Origin: Octopus bimaculoides
Taxonomy: Eukaryota
DNA: 64,000 bases
Assembly: GCF_001194135.2 (NCBI RefSeq)
Contig: NC_068987.1
Span: forward strand, 4,009,102-4,073,101
Reading direction: 5' to 3'
In this document: piece by piece, positions 12,773 to 41,258 of the stretch
Layout of the letters: the number at the start of each line of letters is the position of its first letter
Numbering within the stretch: the stretch's first letter is position 1
Translations under genes and position numbers: made by a program
The notes under the pieces: model-generated
The model's database searches: none
The model's input: only the letters and a program-made list of their open reading frames with translations
What the model was told of the DNA's origin: nothing

Positions 12773-15700
12773 ATAGGGTTTGAGATCTCAGATTCATGGA
12801 GATGAAAAGAAAACAGACTGGGGTGTAGTTTATAGATTTCCCCAAGGGTATTAACAATATAAGCGAAACAGTGTGAAACTGGGTCACAGAAAGAAAATAG
12901 AAGTCAAAAAGAGGAATAAATGGATTTACCTTACATTAACACGCATAAACAGGACAACTAGGAGCCTGTACATGATTGCTTGACCTGCTAGAAACAAACA
13001 GGCATTTCTCCTTCAAATTATAGTCTATTATCTTAACAAAAAAAAGGAATGACACATCACATAATGTAACTCTAGATACATTATGCCCTAAGAAAAAAAA
13101 AAACAGGATGTTCATGATTATAGAATGCCTTTAATCTTATTGTTTCTCAATTAAGGCTGACCTGGGGTTAAACAATATAAGTCTTGCATGCTTACAGACC
13201 CAACACTCCCTGGCCTAATTTCCTTGCCAAGTAGTAATCTACAACAATGGCTAAGGTAATGAGGGAGTCCCTATATCATCACTAAAACTGCTAGAAATGG
13301 CAGCCAGATCTCCCACAAATTACATCTTATTAACTAAAATATAAAAAAAGGTAAGGTAGATAAGGTCTTTGGGCTAAAATTTGATGATTTTTCTTGTTCC
13401 CTTTTTTCAAGAACAGCTTGATACATTGGTGAATAGTCAATGGTGTTGGAGAGCATAAGGATTAAAGTTGAAATGTTAGCTGACATGGAGGATTGGGAGA
13501 GTTTCCTTATATTATGATGATTCATGTTGCCTAATACAATGATTTAACTATTGTAATTTAATCTTTTAGCCTAAATCGAAACAGCTGTAAGAGAATATGT
13601 TGATTTTTTTGCAGATTATAAATATATAAAAAATTTCATCTAACCTATCTGAATCTATTAACTCTGATGAGAGAAATATAGAGAATTGCTATGGTTGGAG
13701 TTAGCTCGCCCATAGCAACCTATATCTTTTCGAAATGGCCGGAAGATTTTCTACATGTTTACGATTCCTTATGAATCATTTTACATTCGCTTTTTTATCC
13801 ACCTTCTTCATTGATTCAAATTCGAACATTTGGACTTCGCAGGTACATCTATGGATTTATATTTTTATATATTTATATTTATTTTATATTTGTGTTTATA
13901 AATTTTTATACATCTATGAATTTTTATATATTTATAAATTTTCGTGTAAATTCTTAGAAATTTTATATCTCATATAGATGAATGCATCTATGTATGTGTA
14001 TTGTATACCAGGGAGAATTTCGTTAATATGGATTGAATGAATATATACATCGAACTTTGAATTGGTTTTCCCTCCGTCTTGATTTTATATTCCTACAGTT
14101 TTATCAGAGTGCTAATTGGTTAAGTTGTATAAAGGGATATCTATATCACATATTCTTTCATTATATATATATATATATNNNNNNNNNNNNNNNNNNNNNN
14201 NNNNNNNNNNNNNNNNNNNNNNNNNNNNNNNNNNNNNNNNNNNNNNNNNNNNNNNNNNNNNNNNNNNNNNNNNNNNNNNNNNNNNNNNNNNNNNNNNNNN
14301 NNNNNNNNNNNNNNNNNNNNNNNNNNNNNNNNNNNNNNNNNNNNNNNNNNNNNNNNNNNNNNNNNNNNNNNNNNNNNNNNNNNNNNNNNNNNNNNNNNNN
14401 NNNNNNNNNNNNNNNNNNNNNNNNNNAAAATAATACTCAGAGATCTGGATACAGATTTTTATTAATATGTCACATGTTTTTATAAATCATATATTAGCGC
14501 TTGCATCTACTCTAATAGATTCTTCAGATTTAAAATTTTTTGAAGGGTTTGGTCTCTTTTTATAGTATTATTGAGTGTGTAGGGGTGGAGAGAGAGAGAG
14601 AGGGGGTGTGTGTGAGAAAAAAAGTAATGTGGGGTGTATAGGATAGTAAAAGAGGGTGAGGAATGGGGAGAAAGTGAGAGAGAGAGAGAGAGAGTGTGTG
14701 TGTGTGTGTGCCTGTGTATCTGAAAGGAGTGTCAATGGAAAAGTGAAGGAAAGAAAGAAAGAAAGAAGAGAGAAAGCAGAAAAAAATGTGTTTACATCTA
14801 TACATCTGGCCAGTTCTTTCAATAGATGACAAATTGATTCTTGGTCTTTAAAAATAGCAAAACCTGTTTTGATGAGGAATAATAACAGTTATTTTTCAAA
14901 AAAATTGCCTGGACTTATCATCATCACTGTCCTGCGAGAGAGAGAGAGAGAGTGTGTGTGTGTGTGTATGCCATGATTGTGATTTTGTTTGGCTTGATGG
15001 GTCTTTTCAAGCATGACATAATGCCAAAGGTCATGGTCATTGCCTCTGTGAGGCCCAACACTCAAAAGGAACTCAGCCACTTTGCCTCCACCACAACAGG
15101 AGATTGGAAAAAGTCTTGATATAATTCATTCCCCATTACACATAACTCTTATGCACACCTCACACAAATATAACTCATGGACTGGAAGACTTTAACAAAG
15201 CAGATGCATCGCAAAGGGGACACAGCTTGGATTCAAACCGAATCTACATAAAATACTAAAAAATCTGCTGGTGGGAGCAGAAAGAACCACTGTCAAAGAC
15301 ATAAAGCATTCAAGTAAAAGGGTTTTATTAGAGAAAATAAAAAATAGTCACTCTCGGAGTGGTTGGCGTTAGGAAGGGCATCCAGCTGTAGAAACTCTGC
15401 CAGATCAGATTGGAGCCTGGTGCAGCCATCTGGTTCACCAGTCCTCAGTCAAATCGTCCAACCCATGCTAGCATGGAAAGCAGACATTAAACGAGGATGA
15501 TGATGATGAGGTGGCATGTAAAAAGCACCCAGCACACTCTGTTAAGTGGTTGGCATTAGGAAAGGCATCCAGTTGTAGAAACCAGGCCAAAACAGACAGC
15601 TGGAGTCTGGACAGCTCCATGTCAAACTGTCCAAACCATGCCAGCATGGAAAATGGATGTTAAACGATGATGATGATGATGGTTGTGCTGTTCATTAATA

Positions 15701-16808
15701 CTATTTAGAATGGAGAGTTAAAATGAAGCAGATATATGTATATGAATGAGTTTTGTTTAACATACAAATCATCAGCCTGTTTCTTTGCTGACAGATCTCA
15801 GTGTCCCTGTCACTCACCACAGCACTTCCTAACCTAGCATACACAGCGTGGGAGAAAAACTGGCCAATTCTGCTGGTCATGTAATGTTTAGACTAGATGC
15901 CATTTCCATCATCAAGCAATTTTGTGAAGTGGGTGCATTTTACCTGTCACTGATATCACCCCAAACATGACTAAAGACTTATCTACCTAAGGTTGCTTCC
16001 ATTCATGCCTTCCATTTTCTGGAATGGTTTTTTGCAGCTGAATTGCTCTGCTTATCACCAGTGGATCTGGCAGACAAAAACACAGAAACTAGAAGAAACC
16101 CATTGTGTGTGTGTGTGTGCTACTGTCTCCTTGCCTTGATTCATATGATGGTTGCAAACAAATGTTACCATCCAGGAAGCTAATCGTAATTGTAAACAGG
16201 TGTCTAACAGGAAGCTAATCTTAATTGTAAACAGGTGTCACCATCAAGGAAGCAGTGTCTTTTGTTTCCAGTCTTTTGTGAAAACATGTCTCGTCATGGA
16301 GAAACATCACTTCACTTAGAAACAGATGAAGGTTGGTGATAAGAAATGCATCAGCTGTAAAAATTTGCTGGAACAAATTTCATCCGATCCATGCAAGCAT
16401 GGAAAAGTGGAAGTTTAGACAATGATGATGATATCTGGTATTACAAAATAAAATTTTTATTAAGTCAGCAATTTCATATTCTTAATGTGTGCAAAACTAT
16501 CAACCAGTTGTTCTGTCTCTGGTCAGCTCTAATCAAATATTGTTCCTATGATAACTATCATGGAGAATAGAGGTGAACCCTGGGGTACACGAGAGAAAAC
16601 CTCCTTCACATCTGGTCATCAAAGTGCAATCTGATAGGAGCTGAGGTACAGATGGAGTTTTGACAGGAAGTTTGTATACTTGACACGATGAAAGCTTTAC
16701 AGACAAAGGAAAACAATACTTTTGTAAAATCTCTCAAAAGGACATAGAAGAAAAGGTCACCAGTAAAGTTGGCTTTATGGAAGCCATACATGAGGTTAAG
16801 GAGAGAAG

Positions 16809-16846
<38 letters not shown>

Positions 16847-18404
16847 TTCTGGAGAATGTTGTTAATGTCTCCATTACATTTGAGATGTTGGGAGTGAGAT
16901 TGTCAGGGTTAAATGGTCTTGTAGAAGTTGACAAGCCAGAGAGAGCTGTACCAGGCACTAACTGTATGTTTTGGCATGGTTTCTACAGCTGGATGCTCTT
17001 CCTAACGCCAACCACTTTACAGAGTGTACTGGATGCTTTTTATGTGACACCAACACAGGTGCTTTTTACCCCTGCCTGGATGATCTTAATTAATTGACAC
17101 ATTGTCAACTCATATTACATATGCACGACCCTAAGATATATAAAAGAAAGGCCTAGGACACACCAAGCAAACATATCTTTGGCTCAAATAATTATAGGGT
17201 GAAATCTGAAGTCATAACTGATACTACAAGACATTTAGCAAAGATGTGATGGGAAAGAATTGGTGGACAGGTTTTATGGGCAAAACCGACTGGCAGAAGA
17301 GCCCAGGATAGAGTATGAGCAAGACGGTTGGTTAACATCCATGAGCTTGGATGGTCTTGCTTGGGGACCTAGCCAGATCGATAGGGAAGATTTGTTTCTG
17401 AGAGGATCCGAGGTACGGTATATTTGAGGACTCTGCCTACAAGACCCTCCCAAGATGAAGAGGGTAAATAAGATGAGATGAAGTTTGACACTAAAACTTA
17501 AATAGGTAATGGTCTATTTTATCAATCTTATTTGGTAATATGATAAAACTAATAAATCCAATCGTCACGAGGAAGGGAGAACTTAACTTTTGTTTTCGAG
17601 GAAAAGTGATGTTGTCTGTCTGGTCAGTTCTGATTCAGTAAACCAATGGTCAAAGGCGTTCCAACAACGACCATCCTGTCTTTTCAGCCGTAGTTTATTT
17701 TAAACTATATTACTCAATACGTTCTTCCAATTTTAAAAGACAGTAGAGTGATTTGGCTGCTATTTCTAGCAGGTCGGATGACTTAATAGAGGCTGCATTG
17801 TCGCTTGTTGATTCATTGAAACAAACTGTAGTTTAGCTCTAGATCGGCCTTGATCGAGAATGCCCAGCTTTGGCAAGACATTTATCGAGAAATACATTAG
17901 CCAACGTGCTCTTCACATTTTAAGGCCAGTCACGTGGCCTTGACCGCTATTTCTAGTAGGTCGAGTGGTCATATTCAAACAGCTCTGTTGTTTCGTAACA
18001 GAGACTGATGGCACTTTTCGGAAGTCATTTCCTGTTTTGAAGAATTCAGCGACTTGCAAGATAGCCTAAATATAGATTCGTTTAATTAAACACGAGATCC
18101 AATTTTTATGACTGTAATATAGTAATTGAATTGAAATTTAATACAAGCCTGTGGCTGCGATGGAATGAAAGAAAAAAAGTTAACCCTGCTAATACTGGAA
18201 CTGGCGAAGGATACCACATGACTAAATCCAGCAAACAATCTACCACTCCTGTTTACTCATTGATCTGCTTCTCCACCCTTCTTTAACACTAAACTGCCAT
18301 AAACGAATATATCCATCCGCGAACCAACGAAAGTGCTTCTATGTGGTCGCTCACCCTGCTAGAAATAGCAGTTATGTTTTCTTCACAACCACACGGTGCT
18401 GTCT

Positions 18405-18435
<31 letters not shown>

Positions 18436-21060
18436 AGAGAGAGAGACAGAGAGGGGAGAGAGATTGGATAATGCCGTTCTGGGTGTGGTATATCTTGGAA
18501 AATGATGGAGTGGTGCATCTTTGGCCAAAAAGTTGGCTCAATCGGGGCTAACTTGTGACTAAACAACACATGCATTCAATAAAACTGTAATTCTATTTTT
18601 ATAAACATAATTTAGTAAAAGACATTATGCTATATTTCTGATGCAAATAAAACATTAAATCGCATCAAATTTATATTTGTGCCACAAAATAAAAAAAAAA
18701 AACAAAACAAATAAAAACAGAAATCTTGTTGATTATGTATACTGCAAGCGATGAGGAAGGGCTATTAAATCTTTTTTCTCGAAATAAAAACAGAATTATT
18801 AAATATTATCCATCTGTCCTGAGGAGAGAACCCTCCTTGTAAGTGGAAAAACATATAAAATGGATTCGACCAACTCCAGTATTTAACAGTAATTAAAAAC
18901 TCAGAGTTATTAATAACATTCATTAGATGAAAGGCAAAACCAGTTCCTGAGAGAGTGGGTGTGAAAATGGTGAATTTCGATATTATAAAGGATTCAAAGC
19001 ATCAAATAGTAATTGTATATTTTATTAGATTTAGTCGAACACTATTCCTTGGTGGTCCTTAAACTCTTAAACTTGGGATTTGTAACACAGAGCTAACTCA
19101 ATTGGAATTTGAAATCAGAACGGCTAGGTTTGTGGGTTTCCGTCTTGGATACTGTAAACAACACCGTCTTTTATCGATATACACTCACCATTCCTAACAT
19201 CTTAATTGATAACAGGAAGTCGACAGAGCTGTGGTCAGCCGAAATAAAAGGCAAAATCTCTCTTAAATCAGACTTACAGTTAAAAAAAAGAAAGGACAGG
19301 ATAGTTAATATGTCCGCGACCAGTTCGGTAAAACTGGCCGATAGAATAAGTACCAGGGGTCCATTCGTTTGACTAAAAACTCTTCAAGGCGATGCTCCAG
19401 CATGGCCACATTAAAAATGATTGAAACGAGTAAAAGAAAATAAGAGACAATGACTTTGATAATCGGTTTGCTTTCGAAATGATTTGTGATACATTTGACT
19501 TAATCTTCATAATCACATGGTTGTTGTTTAGCATCCAGATGAGACCTGATCGACATCCGTGACGAGAGGCAATCCAACCGTGACTACCTATCTTTTCCTT
19601 ATTTAAGACGATAAGGTGCGACTTGAAGGAAATTTTGCTGTTACTTCTAGCATGTTAAACCAATGTAGAAACTCACTTGTTGGTTCGATATCACATGGTT
19701 GTTGGGAGTTATTTAGCCACAGGTTAAGATCTGTTCCAGCAGAAACAGTTACATTTATGATAAAAAAAACTAACAAAATTTACAGTGAATGCCAAAACTT
19801 CAGAATTTATTAGTAATACAAGCAGAATTTACTGTTAACCAAGAGTAATAATTTCTAGACACATAAATAGTGCCACACACTAAGCAAAGTGTATTATAGA
19901 GAATTGAGATTAGATGTAATCTGAGATGAATAAAGCCAACACAAAGAATTTACTTTCAACGATGAAATAACCTTTACAGGCTTTTTGTATGGAAAAAAAA
20001 AATCTACCAATTTTAATGTAACATTTATCTGATTTTTGTTGGAAAATCTTACACTGCTAGCACGCACCTGTATATGGAATTAACATTAAATATTTAGCAG
20101 TTAATTAGCAGAACACCATCTAATTAAATGCATTACAGTAATTAGTGTCATAGTCAAATATTTTTCATCTGTCCATAAATTGAGCTGGTAATTCCATTCC
20201 AAACTGGACCCGCTATATTTTCACTTGGGTTGCTAAGGAGGAAATTGGGCTAAAATACCCCCCCCCCAAAAAAAACCCAACAAAAAACGAATAGCCTAAC
20301 TTTTCACACATACTCATAAAAAAAAAAAAGGTTTGGGCTTTTGGGCTTTTAAGAGAAACAATATGAATAAAATATATGTCTATCTAATCACAAGATGTAC
20401 CTGGAATCTGGAGGAGACCTAAGATGAAATTCAGCGTGTTTTGAAATTGCGAAAATGCACACCAAAAGCATAAATCTTTTATTATACTTGGCATCTCTAC
20501 AGACAGGTTCATCAATGGATAATACTTTCCCGTTCTTACAAATATTTTTAAAAAAAGAAAAAGAAAATAATAATAATAATCACCAAAAACTAGAGAGACA
20601 TACATGTATACTTCGGAGAAAAGTTTTCCATTATCCATAAAATAGAATTAAAAAAAAAAATCTGGGATGGGTGAAGAATGGTTTCATTCAAAAAGACCTC
20701 TGACCTAGCATTGCATTATCTGTACTACAATAAAGTTCTATGAAGAGATCTACGGGTATATAAGCTGAAGTGAACTGTAATATTCGATATTTGAGAACAA
20801 ACAATCATCCACTACAAACTAAATGAAGCTATTTATTATTTTTCTGTCTTTCCCATTTCATTCCAGTCTTCCTTTACCAAAACATCTCAGCAATTTCTAG
20901 TTTTAAATGTAAGTAGAACAGAGTAATTTAAATAAACGAGGGAAAGAAGCAGCAAAACTTATAATTGGGAGTGCTTGACAAGGTGTGAAATAAACAATAA
21001 TGAAATATGTAGGCCGTTCCAATAAATAAGCGCAGATAAAAACACTCACCTGTAGAACAT
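12773..21060 (-). CDS. Tentative unidentified gene divergent from PEX16; candidate exons 21060-21050, 20534-20401, 14863-14804, 12878-12773 (MFYRTGKYYPLMNLSVEMPSIIKDLCFWCAFSQFQNTLNFILGLLQIPGFAIFKDQESICHLLKELARFSHCFAYIVNTLGEIYKLHPSLFSFHLHESEISNP...)
   Basis: Canonical AG/GT sites with pyrimidine tracts and phase-compatible open frames; no homology recognised, so the chain may be partly fortuitous or non-coding. Confidence 0.3.
17221..17470 (+). mobile_element. Decayed 3' end of an RTE-clade (Rex3/Expander-like) LINE ORF
   Basis: RHLAKM*WERIGGQVLWAKPTGRRAQDR...ELGWSCLG...LRTLPTRPSQ with several stops; resembles the RTE C-terminal GHL.RM..ER...PTGRRP.GRPR...LAW..LG...LP.RP. Confidence 0.65.
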
Positions 21061-21224
21061 GGCCAGGTTTTATAATCCTCGGTAGGGAATGAGGCGAGGA
21101 GACCCTAACCACATGGCATGAAATAATTATAACGAATGTTTTGATTGGTCGATTAATCCAGTATAACCAATAGAAACGTTACTTTCTCGTGCTTTGGCTC
21201 CTTACTTTCAAAACCACGCCAAAG

Positions 21225-21225
<1 letters not shown>
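21050..21225. promoter_or_regulatory. Putative bidirectional promoter (PEX16 and divergent transcript)
   Basis: Oppositely oriented CCAAT boxes (ATTGG 21144-21148, CCAAT 21167-21171); AAGATGGC (YY1-like) at the PEX16 start; - strand donor CAG|gtgagt at 21050 with ATG at 21060. Confidence 0.55.
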
Positions 21226-36081
<14,856 letters not shown>

Positions 36082-36123
36082 ACAATCACATTCACTTGTT
36101 TGTTGTTCAATGAATGTGGTGTG

Positions 36124-36188
<65 letters not shown>

Positions 36189-37239
36189 ATATATATACAC
36201 TCATACGCAAACACACATATGGTACATGTAACATCCAAACACACACACATACAGATGTATACATTACACTTATGCACACACTCACACACATATATAGTCA
36301 CATACACACACTCTGAAATGCACATATATATAAGTACACATTTCTACACGTGTGTATGTATTAGTGCGATCATCATCATCATCATTATCATTTAATGTCC
36401 GTTGCCCTATGCTGGCATGGGTTAGATGGTTTGTCCAGCTTACCAGACCTGGTCAAACCGTCCAACCCATGTCAGCATGGACAACAGATGTTAAATGATG
36501 ATGATGATGATGATGATAATACTGATACATACACACACACATACACTCATATACACTTGTAGGTACATGTATGTGTGTGTGTATGTATTCCATTCACACA
36601 CACACACATAGGTACACTGCACACATGCACACACACATATACAGAGGAGCACTACACACATGCGCACGCGTGCACACACACGCACGCACATAAGTACACA
36701 TAAGTACACTGCACACACACGCACGCACATGCACGCACGTACACACATGCACACACACACACAGAGGCACACATAAGTACACTACACGCACACACACACA
36801 CGTACACACACAGAGGCACACAAGAGGTACACATTACCACCATTAATGCAAACACATAACCTTCACTGTTTTGTGGTTTTGATGTTGCATTCCCAGTTTT
36901 GTACAAATTGTCACAGTTTTGTATAAACTCTTTTTACTTCACAGAACTTATTTGCTGCAATACTCCTCCCAAAGTTTAAACTCTCTTGTTTCAAACTAGC
37001 ACGATTGGCTAAGTTGGTGTTTTTGAGTTGGAAGCATTCATTAATTCTGTCCATGTCTTTTAATCACGAATGAATGTAAAAACAGAAAGATTACAATTGT
37101 ATATTTTAAAGAGAATTAAAAAAGAAAAAACTACTTTTTTATCAAATTGTTGTTCCATATTTCTCTGTCTGTCTGTCTGTCTGTATATATATATATATAT
37201 ATGTGTGTGTGTATACGTTTGTTGTTAGTGTTTGTCCCC

Positions 37240-37420
37240 CCACCATGGCTTGACAACCCATGCTGGTGTGTTTACGTCCCCGTAACTTAGCGGTTCGGCA
37301 AAAGGAGACCGATAGAATAAGTACTAGGCTTAATAAAGAATAAGTCCTGGGGTCGATTTATTCGACTAAATGTGGTGCTCCAGCATGGCCGCAGTCAAAT
37401 GACTGAAACAGATAAAAGAA
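37240..37420 (+). mobile_element. SINE 3' module (family D, representative copy)
   Basis: gtgtttacgtccccgtaacttagcggttcggc...cagcatggccgcagtcaaatgactgaaaca recurs near 2400-2630, 7310-7500, 11370-11460, 19300-19440, 50660-50830(-), 56935-57040(-). Confidence 0.75.
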
Positions 37421-39321
37421 TGGATTTATTTACGTATTTTGCCTTTTCATTTCTATCACAGTGTTCAATGTACAACAAACCCTGACGTGTTTCTGTAACG
37501 AAACCTATCTCTGGTACAAAGTTCTAGATGAATGATGAACGACATCTAGCTGAATGGACATATGAGATTAATGTGAGTTTAGGACAGAGATAGATCGAGA
37601 GAAAGAGAAAGAGAGATGATAGCTCACATATTCGTTATCTTTGATCACAAATCCAACTGTAAAGAAATCAGTTGCGTGTGTGTGTGTTTAAAAACAACAA
37701 ATTGAACTCTTTGTAGGTTGAAAACATGTTGAACAGCTTTGATTTTCTAGCCATATTGGGGTCTCATCAGAGGTGAATATATCTGACTACCCCAGAGAAA
37801 TAAGCAGCTAACGTACACATAATAAAACGTTCAAGAGGAGGGCCTGTTCTTACTGATCTGGGCACATCTATAGAGACATACCATAAAGAAGTAGCCAAAG
37901 TCCCCCACGGAAGTTTCCAATATATGTTTAGCAGCAACACAGGGCTCAGTTATTTTTCACTTAGTTGACTACCTTACAAATAATTTTCGCTGCAAGCCAC
38001 CAGAAACGGTTGCTCACTGCTATGAAGCGCTATGCTATCGTCCTTCAACCTCTGAGCATTCAAGTTAGTCGAAAAGAAGAGGATGCATATACGGCAGATT
38101 GTCAGATCGCCGCGAATAAATTTGCCGATGAGCTTCTTCATCGTCTCCTGCAGTCGATGGTCGGCTTATGCAGTATGAAATGATGCAGATTCTCTCACTG
38201 TCGTCGGCACCTCTGCTATTAGGTGCTGGGAAGGGTTGTATTACGGATACATTTTCTTCAATGGGTTGGTATTTGGGGAGGCTGAATCAGCAATTGGTGC
38301 TTGAATTGAGGGGCGGTCAGTATCATAGCGTGAGTCATTTATTTAACGTGTTAGAATAATTTTTTTTAAACATATAAAATATCTGACACGATTTCAAAAT
38401 TTACCTCGATTCTTAAAAAGAAACCCCAGCAAATTCAGTTAAAAATTGCCGTTTCATTTGTTCGTTGTGTTTCTGAAGAGACGCCATCTTATAATCAAGA
38501 CATTATAAACACTTACACCAAAATAAATAAATTTCCCAACTTCAGCATACAACCATGTCTGATCTTCGAAATTTTAATCACCTAATGGTTTTTTTTTTTT
38601 TCAATATATAACTGGTATTTGATCAAAATCTAGAAAAGGGACGAATTTAAAATGGGAATTATGAAGTTTTCAAACTAGACTTCGTAAATCACCTCCCTGG
38701 CCCTCGCATCTGTGTCACCTCCCTGCTAACTCCACGCCCTTAATAATATAATATCATGTTATGTATACTATAATGTCATGGAATAAGTATGGCGGCACTT
38801 CCGGTTTATTCTCTGCAGATTTCTTCACCTTTGTTATTAGACTTGAGTTTGATTTATTTTAAATTGATGACGTTCAAAATTAAGTATTCTCTTATTTTTC
38901 GTAATCTAAATAACATTCAGCTTCCTGTCACCTTTTCCTCTTAGACTACTACTACTACTACTACGACTACCACCACTACTACTACTTTGTTATTGACGTT
39001 ATTTATTTTAATTAGATTTTTTCATTTGTACTCTTAAAACGAGGAAACTGACATTTAATGACATTATTTTCATGAATAATATTTTCGTTTTTATTTTTCA
39101 CAAAGTAAAATTTTTTTTATTATATCGTTAAGTGATCAACAATGGATATTAACGTTGTTAAGCTTTTCTGTCTGAATTGCCTATACCCTACACTGGAATA
39201 CTCGGGCTACGGATGCACAACATTGTTGTAGTCACAATGTTTCAGTCATTGTACTCTCCCGCCATCTGCAGGTGCCTATCGCATTTGATTATTGTTTTCG
39301 AACTGGCATTGCCTCTGCCTC

Positions 39322-39385
<64 letters not shown>

Positions 39386-41258
39386 CTCTCCTCACGTAAC
39401 CGGTGTTCAGCCACCGTCCGTGCAACATCTATATTCCTCCCTATGCCTGTGAAATCTTGTATCCCTGCCGTAAGGCTTTATTTCTACACACACCAGCTTA
39501 ATTTAATTCGTCCTTAGTCGAAAGACACCTGTTGTTATGTCCTGTTATTTGTATTTGTGTAACATTCTCCGTTTTTTTTTCCGTCCTTGTTTTGTATACA
39601 TTTGCTGCTTTCTTCCAAGGAATCTAATGCTCTTAGCTTAGTTTTTCCTTGGGGCTGGCCAGATTGGAGCAATCTCGAGTATAACCGAAATTGCAAAGAT
39701 AATCTGGAACTCGATTGAGGCTTCTCTCTTCCTATTGCGTACCTACATCCAGTTTCACTTTCTTGATCAGTTTTTAATTGCTAATAATAATAATAATAGT
39801 AATAATAATAATGATAATAGTTGTAATCCGATTCTTTTCTTTTCCAACAGTTGAGTGTATATGAAAAAAAATGTAATAATAATNNNNNNNNNNNNNNNNN
39901 NNNNNNNNNNNNNNNNNNNNNNNNNNNNNNNNNNNNNNNNNNNNNNNNNNNNNNNNNNNNNNNNNNNNNNNNNNNNNNNNNNNNNNNNNNNNNNNNNNNN
40001 NNNNNNNNNNNNNNNNNNNNNNNNNNNNNNNNNNNNNNNNNNNNNNNNNNNNNNNNNNNNNNNNNNNNNNNNNNNNNNNNNNNNNNNNNNNNNNNNNNNN
40101 NNNNNNNNNNNNNNNNNNNNNNNNNNNNNNNNNNNNNNNNNNNNNNNNNNNNNNNNNNNNNNNNNNNNNNNNNNNNNNNNNNNNNNNNNNNNNNNNNNNN
40201 NNNNNNNNNNNNNNNNNNNNNNNNNNNNNNNNNNNNNNNNNNNNNNNNNNNNNNNNNNNNNNNNNNNNNNNNNNNNNNNNNNNNNNNNNNNNNNNNNNNN
40301 NNNNNNNNNNNNNNNNNNNNNNNNNNNNNNNNNNNNNNNNNNNNNNNNNNNNNNNNNNNNNNNNNNNNNNNNNNNNNNNNNNNNNNNNNNNNNNNNNNNN
40401 NNNNNNNNNNNNNNNNNNNNNNNNNNNNNNNNNNNNNNNNNNNNNNNNNNNNNNNNNNNNNNNNNNNNNNNNNNNNNNNNNNNNNNNNNNNNNNNNNNNN
40501 NNNNNNNNNNNNNNNNNNNNNNNNNNNNNNNNNNNNNNNNNNNNNNNNNNNNNNNNNNNNNNNNNNNNNNNNNNNNNNNNNNNNNNNNNNNNNNNNNNNN
40601 NNNNNNNNNNNNNNNNNNNNNNNNNNNNNNNNNNNNNNNNNNNNNNNNNNNNNNNNNNNNNNNNNNNNNNNNNNNNNNNNNNNNNNNNNNNNNNNNNNNN
40701 NNNNNNNNNNNNNNNNNNNNNNNNNNNNNNNNNNNNNNNNNNNNNNNNNNNNNNNNNNNNNNNNNNNNNNNNNNNNNNNCAAACTCTATTTTCGTCTCCC
40801 ATTAATAAAGAGTTGGGAAGGAGGAAGGTTAGAATATGTTACCAGAATTTCTGCGGGGTTTAGAGTGCCTTGGTATTTGTAATTTTGAAAAACGCTGCTG
40901 CAACTCTTCTGTGGAAATGTAACACCACAGTTTTTAGATCATTTTCTTTGTTTAACTTATATCATAACCTGTCCTTTGATATTGTTTTAAATTTTCGTAC
41001 AAGGCCAGCAATTTTGAGGGAAGGAATCAAGTCGATTACATCGATCCCCAGTACTTCACTGGTACTTATTTAAACGACCCCGAAAGGATGAAAGGCAAAG
41101 TCAACCCCATTGGAATTCGAACTCAGAACGTAAAGATCCAGAAGAAATACCGTTAAGCATTTTGCCGATGCATTAGCGCTTCTGCCATCTGGTCGCCTAA
41201 TCCGGTCTTTAATATCAGTATCAATATTAATATGAATATACTTATGCTATCGAAAGTC

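Noticed and set aside
37525-37555. ATGATGA...CTGA resembling a C/D box snoRNA
   Set aside because: The boxes are only about 11 nt apart, too short for a guide RNA.
39774-40882. ORFs over 300 aa here and at 1811-2443, 14033-14485, 44697-45380, 50825-51223, 58995-59873
   Set aside because: They only span N-gaps and carry no coding evidence.
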